Source of the DNA: Gammaproteobacteria bacterium
GTDB taxonomy: Bacteria > Pseudomonadota > Gammaproteobacteria > Magnimaribacterales > D2472
NCBI GenBank assembly: GCA_023257795.1
Contig: JALRBL010000016.1
Coordinates: 1-55,296 of the forward strand
Direction: 5' to 3'
Length of the DNA: 55,296 nucleotides
In this document: piece after piece, positions 19,367-27,695 of the stretch
How the letters are laid out: each line of letters begins with the position of its first letter
Position numbering within the stretch: the stretch's first letter is position 1
The notes under the pieces: model-generated
Seen by the model: the letters and a program-made list of their open reading frames with translations, nothing else
What the model was told of the DNA's origin: nothing
Database searches by the model: none
Translations under genes and position numbers: made by a program

Positions 19367-20709
19367 AGCGTCTTAAAACGTTCCATTTTCATACCTCGAG
19401 ACCCTTTTAAAAGTAAAACCGTTTTATCTGAAAGAATTTCTTTTAAATAGTTCTTTAGCTCTTCTTCATTTTTAAAGTGAATGCCATTTTTTCCAAAACT
19501 ACGAACAGCATATTGCATGAGATCCCCAAATCCAAGAAGAATATTAATTCCAAGGTTTTTGGCTTCTTCTCCAATTTTTGAGTGATAATTTTCAGATTCA
19601 TCCCCCAATTCGAGCATATCTCCCAAGACAGCTATCTTATTTCTATTTTTAATGCCAGAGAGATATGTTAACGCTGCTAGCACTGAATCGGGATTAGCAT
19701 TATAGGTATCGTCTATCAAAATAGAATTATTGATCCAATTACTAAGTCCTAGTCTATTGGGTATATTGGAGAGATCAGCAATCCTATCACTAAATTCTTT
19801 AATCCCTACTCCTAAATTGTGGGCTACCGCAAATGCTGCACCGATGTTTAAAACATTATGATTACCTAATAACTTTGTAATAATTGAACCTAAATATTTA
19901 TTCTTAAAATAAACATCTATAGTTTGATTTTTCTGATCGGCATCTTTACTACTAATCTGATAAAAATAATCTGCATCTGAGTGAAGACCAAAACTGACAA
20001 GTTTGTTAGAGGAACAAAGAGATTTCCAAAAATTTAAGTTTTCACCAAAAGGAACTACAGCTAGCCCGTTCTTTGGTAGACACTTAATAATCTCTGACTT
20101 CTCATTTAAAACTCCCTTCAAAGAACCAAATCCTGATATATGCGATCTTCCTATAGAAGTAATCACACCTACATCTTGTCTAGCAATAGAAGAAAGGTAT
20201 TTTATATCCCCTGCTTTGGCTGCACCCATTTCGATTGCGGCAAATTGATGTCTTGTGTCCAAGTTCATGAGATTTAGAGGAACACCAAGCTCATTATTAA
20301 AATTTCCTTTTGTTGCAAATGCATTTGGTAATGCGCAACTCAATATCTCTTTGGTAGTAGTTTTTCCATTGCTTCCAGTAATGCCTATTACTTGACCTTT
20401 AAAACTCTGTCTACAAAACATTCCAAGTTGTGACATTATTTCAAATACATTCTCACATTCTAATACTTGAGACTTTTGAGACTCTTGAAGGAACCCTTTC
20501 TTGATAATGCATAGTGATGCATTTTGTTTGAGAGCTTCTTTGTAATATTTGCTGCCGTCTGTATTTTTACCTTGTAGGCCAAAAAAAAGTGAGTTCTGCA
20601 TGGTTTGATTAGAATCTATACAAACAGATTGAATGGGTAAATTGCTTTCAGAGAGCTTGGCAAGCCCTAGTTGCTGATAAATTTGGTTAACATTATTTAG
20701 AATTCTCAA
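19363..20709 (-). CDS. murF: UDP-MurNAc-tripeptide--D-Ala-D-Ala ligase
   Basis: 448 aa with GITGSNGKTTT, in dcw order. Confidence 0.93.
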   Translation of the reverse strand: MRILNNVNQIYQQLGLAKLSESNLPIQSVCIDSNQTMQNSLFFGLQGKNTDGSKYYKEALKQNASLCIIKKGFLQESQKSQVLECENVFEIMSQLGMFCRQSFKGQVIGITGSNGKTTTKEILSCALPNAFATKGNFNNELGVPLNLMNLDTRHQFAAIEMGAAKAGDIKYLSSIARQDVGVITSIGRSHISGFGSLKGVLNEKSEIIKCLPKNGLAVVPFGENLNFWKSLCSSNKLVSFGLHSDADYFYQISSKDADQKNQTIDVYFKNKYLGSIITKLLGNHNVLNIGAAFAVAHNLGVGIKEFSDRIADLSNIPNRLGLSNWINNSILIDDTYNANPDSVLAALTYLSGIKNRNKIAVLGDMLELGDESENYHSKIGEEAKNLGINILLGFGDLMQYAVRSFGKNGIHFKNEEELKNYLKEILSDKTVLLLKGSRGMKMERFKTL

Positions 20710-22121
20710 ATGCTTTCCTTAATAAATTTAGAATCATTAAATCTAATTACCTTCCCAGCTATCTCAAGAGTTTCTTCATGGCCTCTACCTAGCACATAAA
20801 GAGCCCCATTTTTTTGTATTTTAGCAATACCATGTTTTATTGCCTCGCCTCTTTCCTCAATCAATGTAACTTTTGAGTTCGATTTCCCTGAAAGAGCATC
20901 TCTTGAAATGGATTCAAAAGATTCATTTCTAGAGTTATCTGAAGTAAAAATTATCTCATCGGCAAATTTTAAAGCGGCTTTCATCATTTTTGGTCTTTTG
21001 GTTTTGTCTCTATTTCCACCGCATCCAAAAACTATAATCTTATGTTGATATTGCTGTTCTGTAGCTTGAAGAATTTTGTATATAGAATGATGATCGTGTG
21101 CAAAATCAACGATTATGGTCTTTTTGTTTTTATACGGTATGAGCTCAAATCTTCCCTTAGGTAATTTAATATTTGATATTTTGATACCATTTAATGAAGC
21201 ATCAGTAATTACTGAGAATAGTGAAGCTGCAGCAATAAAGTTAAGAGTATTTAATTTATCATTAAAGGGGCTTTTGATAATACAGTGATTTTGGTTACCA
21301 AGCTTGAAAAGAATATTAGACTTTTGCAATGAAAACCTAATTGAGGATTTGGTAGATGCTCTAGTTGCTTGATTTATTGTAACGATGCTTTTTATTTTAG
21401 TAATTGGGATTCTTGTTGATAGCTTTTTATAGGAATTTCCTGCAAAAAATACTTTATTCTTTGTAGCAGATAAAATTTTAAGCTTTGCTAATTCGTAGTT
21501 CGCTTGGGTCTTATGAAAATCTTTATGATCAGAGGTTATATTTGTAATTAACGATTCCTGAAATTTCAAATGACCGAGCCTATTTTGAGCTAATGCATGC
21601 GAGGAAACTTCAAGCACCACGTATAGGTCCTCTTTATTCTTTTGTTTGCCTAGAAGTTCAAATAAATCAAATAGTCCGGGTGTTGTGTTAATGACTTTAT
21701 GCCACCTTGAATTAATAATTGCTCCAATAGTCCCTATGTAAATAACATTTTTACCCTGACTTTTTAATAGCTGATAAAGTATAAAAGCAGTTGTTGTTTT
21801 ACCATTTGTTCCAGTAATTCCAAAAAATTTCGTATTAATGCTGATATTCCAATACTCATAAAGAAAACCTAGCAATTTTATTTCAAGGTTTTTAATGTAA
21901 TAAAAATTCTTTGCATGAACCTTTTGCTTCTTCGAGCTTAAGATTGCTCTTGCTGTATTAGCCACTTTGTGATCTACAAAATCATTTCCATGCCCGTTTA
22001 CACCCTGTCTTGCAAAAAAAATTGAGTTAGGAGTTATTTTCTTTGAATTATCACAAATATGTCTTATTTGACTAGACTTAATCTCTTTTCCAAAAAATTT
22101 TAAAAATATACTTTTCTTCAT
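20706..22121 (-). CDS. murE: UDP-MurNAc-L-Ala-D-Glu--2,6-diaminopimelate ligase
   Basis: 471 aa with GITGTNGKTTT, in dcw order. Confidence 0.9.
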   Translation of the reverse strand: MKKSIFLKFFGKEIKSSQIRHICDNSKKITPNSIFFARQGVNGHGNDFVDHKVANTARAILSSKKQKVHAKNFYYIKNLEIKLLGFLYEYWNISINTKFFGITGTNGKTTTAFILYQLLKSQGKNVIYIGTIGAIINSRWHKVINTTPGLFDLFELLGKQKNKEDLYVVLEVSSHALAQNRLGHLKFQESLITNITSDHKDFHKTQANYELAKLKILSATKNKVFFAGNSYKKLSTRIPITKIKSIVTINQATRASTKSSIRFSLQKSNILFKLGNQNHCIIKSPFNDKLNTLNFIAAASLFSVITDASLNGIKISNIKLPKGRFELIPYKNKKTIIVDFAHDHHSIYKILQATEQQYQHKIIVFGCGGNRDKTKRPKMMKAALKFADEIIFTSDNSRNESFESISRDALSGKSNSKVTLIEERGEAIKHGIAKIQKNGALYVLGRGHEETLEIAGKVIRFNDSKFIKESI

Positions 22122-23725
22122 CAGAGAGACAAGTGATAGATATCATCAACAATTTCTGAAAATACTGGAGCTGCAATCGTTCCACCGCTATATCTATTCA
22201 GGCCGGGTTCGTCTAAAGTTACAAATATTGTTAACGATCTATTTGCTATTTCTGTTATTCCCGCGAAGGAACCAATATAGCTAGAGTCGTCATATCCTCC
22301 CGATGAACTGACTTTATGAGTAGTGCCAGTTTTACCAGCCACTTTGGCGAATTGAGATCTTGCTAGAACACCTGTTCCTTCCTCAACAACAAGTTCTAAA
22401 GATTTCATAACTTCCTGATTAATAGAGCTTTCTAATAAACGAGTTTCATATACATAGTCCCCTTTGATAATTACAAAATCTTTAAGAATGCCGTCATTCG
22501 CAAATACAGAAAATGCTCTAGCAATTTGAATAGGAGAAGCAGTCAAGCCATAACCAAATCCTAAGCTTGCTATCTCGTGTTTGGATATATTTTCACGCTG
22601 GTTTATTGATCCAAAGTTAATTGATGGAAAATCAATAGACAGAGCTTTTGAAAACCCAAAACTTTTTAGCCCTTCAATTAATGTATTGCCTTCTAGAGAA
22701 AGTGAAATGATTGATGCTCCAACCTGACTAGATTTTGCAATAACTTCTCTGGCTGTAATTGATTGATAATTTTTTGGATCAACTATTTTCCTTCCATTTA
22801 GAATCAATGAACCAGGATCAGTATCAATTTTGCTATTTGCCTCTATAGTGTTATTCGCTAATGCAAGAGCATAAGCAAAAGGTTTCATGATTGAGCCAGG
22901 TTCAAAGGCATCCAAGAGCACTCTGTTACGTTGAATCTTCCTATTAGGATTATTTGGGTTATATGCAGGAAAACTTGCAGCTGCAAGTACTTCACCAAGT
23001 TTATTATCCAAGATAACGACGCTGCCGCCCTTCGCTTCAAATTTTTTGATGCCTTCTATTAAATTCTTGAATGCAATAAATTGATAATCTTTATCAAGAG
23101 TTAGTACAATATCCTCTCCCTTATATGGTTCTCTTAAAATTTCAGGCTTTTTGAAGGGCTCTTGATTCCTGTTCTTGTATATTCTTTTTAATCCATCTTC
23201 ACCGCTAAGAACTTCATCATAAATAAGCTCGATACCTTCAAGTCCTTTTCCATCTTTTCCAGCAAAACCAACCATATTGGAAAATTGTTCTCCAAATGGA
23301 TAAATTCTGCTTTCAACCTCTTCAATTTCAAGATAGTTATTTCTTAGCTTTTTTATTTTTTCTAGCTCTTCCAAGGATAAGTCTTTCTTAATAAGACTTT
23401 TTTTAGTTAATTTATTTTCAACAAATTTGATTGAGTTACCTGAGATGACAAAAGGAATATCATCCTTCTCTAACCCTTTGAGCCCATAAAGGTCATATTG
23501 ATTAATTGTTGTTGCCAGGGGAATCATATTGCGATCATAGATAGACGCTCTTAAGATCTTTATTGGTCTTAATCCTTCTGTTAAATCTTTACCCTTGTTG
23601 TTTAAAAAATCATCCTGAATAAAAGCTAAATATGCCATCCTAAATAGAATGAGCATCAAGAATATAATAAATAAAAAAAAGACAATTAAAGCTCTCCAGC
23701 TTTTGAGCTCTAAAGATTTAGCCAT
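22121..23725 (-). CDS. ftsI: Peptidoglycan D,D-transpeptidase FtsI (PBP3)
   Basis: 534 aa with an N-terminal TM helix, SxxK (GSIMKPF) and KTGT (AGKTGTT). Confidence 0.93.
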   Translation of the reverse strand: MAKSLELKSWRALIVFFLFIIFLMLILFRMAYLAFIQDDFLNNKGKDLTEGLRPIKILRASIYDRNMIPLATTINQYDLYGLKGLEKDDIPFVISGNSIKFVENKLTKKSLIKKDLSLEELEKIKKLRNNYLEIEEVESRIYPFGEQFSNMVGFAGKDGKGLEGIELIYDEVLSGEDGLKRIYKNRNQEPFKKPEILREPYKGEDIVLTLDKDYQFIAFKNLIEGIKKFEAKGGSVVILDNKLGEVLAAASFPAYNPNNPNRKIQRNRVLLDAFEPGSIMKPFAYALALANNTIEANSKIDTDPGSLILNGRKIVDPKNYQSITAREVIAKSSQVGASIISLSLEGNTLIEGLKSFGFSKALSIDFPSINFGSINQRENISKHEIASLGFGYGLTASPIQIARAFSVFANDGILKDFVIIKGDYVYETRLLESSINQEVMKSLELVVEEGTGVLARSQFAKVAGKTGTTHKVSSSGGYDDSSYIGSFAGITEIANRSLTIFVTLDEPGLNRYSGGTIAAPVFSEIVDDIYHLSL

Positions 23726-23963
23726 TTGGATCTATCATCCCAAGATTTTCTTTAGCAATTGACTCATTTTTAGCATTTGAATTAAGCATATTTAATTCTG
23801 CAATTAGTTTTGTATGCAACTCAAGCAATTTATTGTTTTGAATTTTTAAGATACTTATATTTTCAATAAGCTGGACATTTTCCCATCTAACTTTAATTAA
23901 ACTTAGGCCTAAGAGGGTATTAATTAATATTAAAATAACTAAAAAAGTATTAATCTTATTCAT
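23718..23963 (-). CDS. ftsL: Cell division protein FtsL
   Basis: 81 aa, TM helix plus coiled coil, between rsmH and ftsI. Confidence 0.8.
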   Translation of the reverse strand: MNKINTFLVILILINTLLGLSLIKVRWENVQLIENISILKIQNNKLLELHTKLIAELNMLNSNAKNESIAKENLGMIDPNG

Positions 23964-24853
23964 ACTTTTTCGTATGCTCTCATGATTGCACTTCGAGATC
24001 TTACATTAGATCTAATTTCTTCAATTCTAGGTTTAATTTTATTTGCAATGCATAAATACTTTTTATTTACTGTAGGATTGATTGGAATATCTTTGTGCAT
24101 ATTACTTCTTTCAGGTTTAAAGTATTCTTTAACTTTTCTGTCCTCCAAAGAATGAAAAGATATGGTAACTATGCGTCCACCAGAAGTTAATAAGCTATCT
24201 GCTGTTTTTAAATTTTCTGATAGATCACTTAGTTCATTGTTTATGAAGATACGAATTGCTTGAAAGCATTTTGTTGCAGGATGTTTTTTACCCTTTCTGG
24301 GAAAATGATTTTCAATTAGTTGAGCTAATTTTAACGTCGTAGTAATAGGGTTTTTTTGTTGCTCATGAAAGATTAATCTAGCAATAGAGTTAGCATGCTT
24401 TTCTTCACCATATTCCCATAAAACGCTGGAAATCTCTTTTTCTGAGGCATTTGCTAGCCACTCTCTAGCAGACATTGCTGAGCTCTGATCCATTCTCATG
24501 TCTAATGGTCCATCTTTATTAAAACTAAAACCTCTTTCAGCAATATCGAGTTGAGTCGAACATAATCCAAAATCAAATAATATACCTTCAATCTTCTCAA
24601 TAGATTTGCTTAAATGTCTCTGGTTCAATGTTCCATGAAAAATAGAAAATCTTGTATCTTTAAAGTTTGATGTAGCAAAATTAACAGCATCAAGATCTTT
24701 ATCAAAGGCAATCAGTCTGCCCTTCTTATTTAATTTAGAAAGTATTCTTGCTGAATGTCCGCCCCTACCAAAGGTGCCATCAATATATGTACCGCTGGGG
24801 TTTTGAATAAGTAAATCAACTGACTCTTCCAGCAAAACTGGAATATGAGACAT
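23960..24853 (-). CDS. rsmH: 16S rRNA m4C1402 methyltransferase RsmH
   Basis: 297 aa with HIPVLLEE and DGTFGRGGHS. Confidence 0.95.
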   Translation of the reverse strand: MSHIPVLLEESVDLLIQNPSGTYIDGTFGRGGHSARILSKLNKKGRLIAFDKDLDAVNFATSNFKDTRFSIFHGTLNQRHLSKSIEKIEGILFDFGLCSTQLDIAERGFSFNKDGPLDMRMDQSSAMSAREWLANASEKEISSVLWEYGEEKHANSIARLIFHEQQKNPITTTLKLAQLIENHFPRKGKKHPATKCFQAIRIFINNELSDLSENLKTADSLLTSGGRIVTISFHSLEDRKVKEYFKPERSNMHKDIPINPTVNKKYLCIANKIKPRIEEIRSNVRSRSAIMRAYEKV

Positions 24854-25974
24854 TAATCTACTTGTTTTCTCATAAAAGTTGGCACATCGAGGAAATCAAT
24901 ATCCTCTGCAGACGATGCGCCAACATTAACAACTTGTTTTGTTCTATTGTTTTCAAGACCAACAGGATTTAATTTTATGGTTGATCTCATATTATCAACA
25001 GCTAATTTAGGAGATTTTTGTGATACGCCAGTTGCAACCACTGTTACCATTAATTCTTCATCAGCAAAAGCATCGTCGACTACTGTTCCATAAATAATGG
25101 TTGCATCGTCAGCAATAAATTTCTCCACAACCGAACTCACCTCATTGTAGTCTCCAAGAGTTGGCTGTTTAGCAGTGATATTTACCAGAACTCCTCTGGC
25201 ATTTTTAAGATCTATATCTTCCAACAATTCGCTGCCAACAGCTTGAGATGCAGCCTCAATCCCTCTGTTTTTGGCGCCTGATCTTCCTGTCCCCATCATA
25301 GCAATGCCTTTTTCAGACATAACGGTCTTAACATCTGCAAAATCCACATTTATGTAACCTGGTTTCATAATAATGTCAGATATTCCTTGAACGGCACCTT
25401 TCAGAACATCATCTGCCTTTGCAAAGGCATCCATCATGGAGGTATTTTCTCCCAAAACATCAATAAGCTTTTGGTTTGGTATGGTAATTAAGCTATCCAC
25501 CTCTGCAACTAGATTAGCAATACCCTTTTCTGCTGAACCTGTTCTTTTGGGACCCTCAAATTTGAAAGGTTTGGTTACAACTGCTACGGTTAAAGCTCCC
25601 AGTTCTTTTGCTATTGAAGCTACGACAGGCGCAGCTCCCGTTCCTGTGCCTCCTCCCATTCCTGCAGTAATAAAAATCATATCAGCGCCAGACAACAATT
25701 CTTCTATAGTTTCCCTATCTCTTTCAGCTGCCTGCCTTCCAACTTCTGGATTTGCTCCAGCACCCAACCCCTTAGTAACTCCATTTCCGAGTTTTAAAAT
25801 GGTGGCACCTTTAGCCCTTTCTAATGCTTGAGCATCAGTATTCGCACATATAAATTCAACACCTTGAATATTTTGATTCATCATGTGAATTACGGCATTG
25901 CCTCCGGCACCACCCACCCCGATAACTTTTATTCTTGCCTGTTCCGCAAACTCATCGATAATTTCCCAATTCAT
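24853..25974 (-). CDS. ftsZ: Cell division GTPase FtsZ (non-canonical location)
   Basis: 373 aa with IKVIGVGGAGGNAV, the tubulin signature GGGTGTGAAP and the C-terminal peptide DIDFLDVPTFMRKQ. A GGGGA SD lies in the 9-nt gap after the mraZ stop. Its stop shares TAATG with the rsmH start. Confidence 0.97.
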   Translation of the reverse strand: MNWEIIDEFAEQARIKVIGVGGAGGNAVIHMMNQNIQGVEFICANTDAQALERAKGATILKLGNGVTKGLGAGANPEVGRQAAERDRETIEELLSGADMIFITAGMGGGTGTGAAPVVASIAKELGALTVAVVTKPFKFEGPKRTGSAEKGIANLVAEVDSLITIPNQKLIDVLGENTSMMDAFAKADDVLKGAVQGISDIIMKPGYINVDFADVKTVMSEKGIAMMGTGRSGAKNRGIEAASQAVGSELLEDIDLKNARGVLVNITAKQPTLGDYNEVSSVVEKFIADDATIIYGTVVDDAFADEELMVTVVATGVSQKSPKLAVDNMRSTIKLNPVGLENNRTKQVVNVGASSAEDIDFLDVPTFMRKQVD

Positions 25975-25983
25975 ACTATCCCC

Positions 25984-26451
25984 TCAGAATGAAAGAGCTT
26001 TAACGCTCTCCGGTAAAATAATTTCTAAAATCTCTGTGGATAACTGACCCGCATCCTGTCTGCTTTGCCAACTCTCCAAATTCCATATTTCAAATTTGTC
26101 GCCCATTCCAATAAACACAATTTTTTCTGAAAGATTGATTCCTGCGTAACTTCTTAAATCTGCGGGGATTAGAAGTAACATTCTATTGTTAGGCTCAAAG
26201 TCAACTTCAAAAGCGTGACCTAATATTGTCCATTGCAATTTTCGAACAACGGGGTCAAGACTTTGCATTTTTTGTAAATTGGTCGACAAGTTTTTCCATG
26301 ATTCCTCAGGGTAAAGTTTGAGACATGGATACTGTGGATCCCTTGTTAGAACAAGCTTGGATGTTTTTAAATCTTTAAAATTTTCTCTGTAACGAGCTGG
26401 AGCTGAGATTCTTCCCTTTGAGTCTACTGAAATTTCGTTGTATCCAAACAT
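25984..26451 (-). CDS. mraZ: Transcriptional regulator MraZ
   Basis: 155 aa with duplicated SpoVT/AbrB-like halves (DSKGRISAPARYR; second half ..MLLLIPADLR). Confidence 0.93.
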   Translation of the reverse strand: MFGYNEISVDSKGRISAPARYRENFKDLKTSKLVLTRDPQYPCLKLYPEESWKNLSTNLQKMQSLDPVVRKLQWTILGHAFEVDFEPNNRMLLLIPADLRSYAGINLSEKIVFIGMGDKFEIWNLESWQSRQDAGQLSTEILEIILPESVKALSF

Positions 26452-26466
26452 TAAATATATATGTAT

Positions 26467-26516
26467 AACACTTATTACACACTTTATACCACTTTTTGTA
26501 CACTTTTACACACTTT
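26467..26516 (-). promoter_or_regulatory. Putative MraZ operator: five phased direct repeats AAAGTG(T/G)
   Basis: In the minus sense: aaaGTGTG-taaaaGTGTA-caaaaaGTGGT-ataaaGTGTG-taataaGTGTT. The plus-strand cores are at 26509-13, 26499-503, 26488-92, 26478-82 and 26467-71, spaced 10/11/10/11 bp. The array ends ~15 nt before the mraZ ATG. Confidence 0.6.
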
Positions 26517-26535
26517 TTTTATTTTTTTTAACAGT

Positions 26536-26865
26536 GAGTGAGTTGGTCTATAAGCCGGATTCTGTTTTGATGGTTATCTATCTCGACAATATGTCACCAT
26601 ATTGCTCTAGCGACCTACCCGAATTCACAACGAGCAGCTGTTTTGAATTCCTATTTGGTCTTGCTTCAAGTGGGGTTTACATAGCCTTGCTTGTTACCAA
26701 GTCAAGCGGTAAGCTCTTACCTCACCTTTTCACCCTTACCCAAAATGGGCGGTTATTTTCTGTTGCACTTTCCATGAGCTCGCGCTCTCCAGGCGTTACC
26801 TGGCACTTTGCTCTATGAAGTCCGGACTTTCCTCTGAAAATTCAGCAACCATCCGACCAACTCGA
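26536..26865 (-). ncRNA. rnpB: RNase P RNA, bacterial type A (compact, ~330 nt)
   Basis: The minus-strand reading contains GAGGAAAGUCCGGAC, GUGCCAGGUAACGCCUGG, GGAAAGUGCAACAGAAAAUAACCGCC, GGGUAAGGGUGAAAAGGUGAGGUAAGAGCUUACC, GGUAACA, GUAAACCCCACUUG, CAAGACCAAAUAGG, GGGUAGGUCGCU and ACAGAAUCCGGCUUAUAG. P1 pairs GAGUUGGUC with GACCAACUC. The rsmI-rnpB-mraZ location matches Pseudomonas. Confidence 0.92.
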
Positions 26866-26887
26866 AAGCTATTTTAAACAACATGTT

Positions 26888-27691
26888 CTATTTAGGGAAT
26901 TTTTTGTAAATTTCTCTTTTGGGAACTTTGTATATCTTGGATAGAACTTTTGCAGCATCACCTTTGCTCAGAAAGCTCAATAATTCTTCTTGAAGAGTTA
27001 AATCAATATCTTTTTTTGAATCTAGAATTTTTAATACAACTGTGATCTCACCTTTTAATTCGCTTTCTGGGATAAAGTTAGACTCACTAATTTCTTTAAG
27101 CTGACCTCTGTAGAGAGATTCATGTTTCTTGGTAAGCTCTCTTGCTACAGTAATATCTGCATCTTCATGGATAAAATCTTTGAGAACTTTTAATGAGTTT
27201 TTAAATCTTTTAGCTGATTCAAAAAAGACAGCTGTCATTCCATTGTCCTTGATCTTATCAATAAAAGCTCTCTGCTGATTTCTCTTTCTTGGAAAAAAAC
27301 CTAAAAAACAAAATTCATGTGCTGAGATTCCTGCAAGCTGTATAGCAGCTATTAAAGAGCTTGGACCAGGTATGGCAGTCAATTGATGGTTTGCTTTGAT
27401 TACTTCTCTAACAATTCTAAATCCAGGATCATTGATTAAGGGTGCGCCAGCATCACTCATTAAAGCCAAATCTTTTTTGTCTTCAAGCATGGATAAAATA
27501 TCCTTTATCATGCTTGATTCATTATGATCATTTAGCATTAGTAACTTTGCTTTGATATTGAATTCGGTCAGTAATTTGCCTGTAATTCTTGTATCTTCAC
27601 ATAAAATAAATTGGACGTTTTTAAGAATTTCTATTGCTCTGAAAGAAATATCTTTAGAATTTCCAATTGGGCTTGATACTATATAAAACAC
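26888..27691 (-). CDS. rsmI: 16S rRNA C1402 2'-O-methyltransferase RsmI
   Basis: 267 aa, (GTG)FYIVSSPIGNSKDISFRAIEILKNVQFILCEDTR, closely parallel to the E. coli RsmI N-terminus. Confidence 0.9.
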   Translation of the reverse strand: MFYIVSSPIGNSKDISFRAIEILKNVQFILCEDTRITGKLLTEFNIKAKLLMLNDHNESSMIKDILSMLEDKKDLALMSDAGAPLINDPGFRIVREVIKANHQLTAIPGPSSLIAAIQLAGISAHEFCFLGFFPRKRNQQRAFIDKIKDNGMTAVFFESAKRFKNSLKVLKDFIHEDADITVARELTKKHESLYRGQLKEISESNFIPESELKGEITVVLKILDSKKDIDLTLQEELLSFLSKGDAAKVLSKIYKVPKREIYKKFPK

Positions 27692-27695
27692 AGTT

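Noticed and set aside
25436-25831. 131-aa plus-strand ORF antisense to ftsZ
   Set aside because: It is an Ala/Pro/Gly-rich mirror reading of the Gly-rich FtsZ core. FtsZ on the other strand is unambiguous.
26438-26818. 126-aa plus-strand ORF from the ORF track
   Set aside because: It lies antisense over the RNase P RNA gene and the mraZ upstream region. It is a low-complexity, hydrophobic-looking translation of structured-RNA DNA and not a credible CDS.
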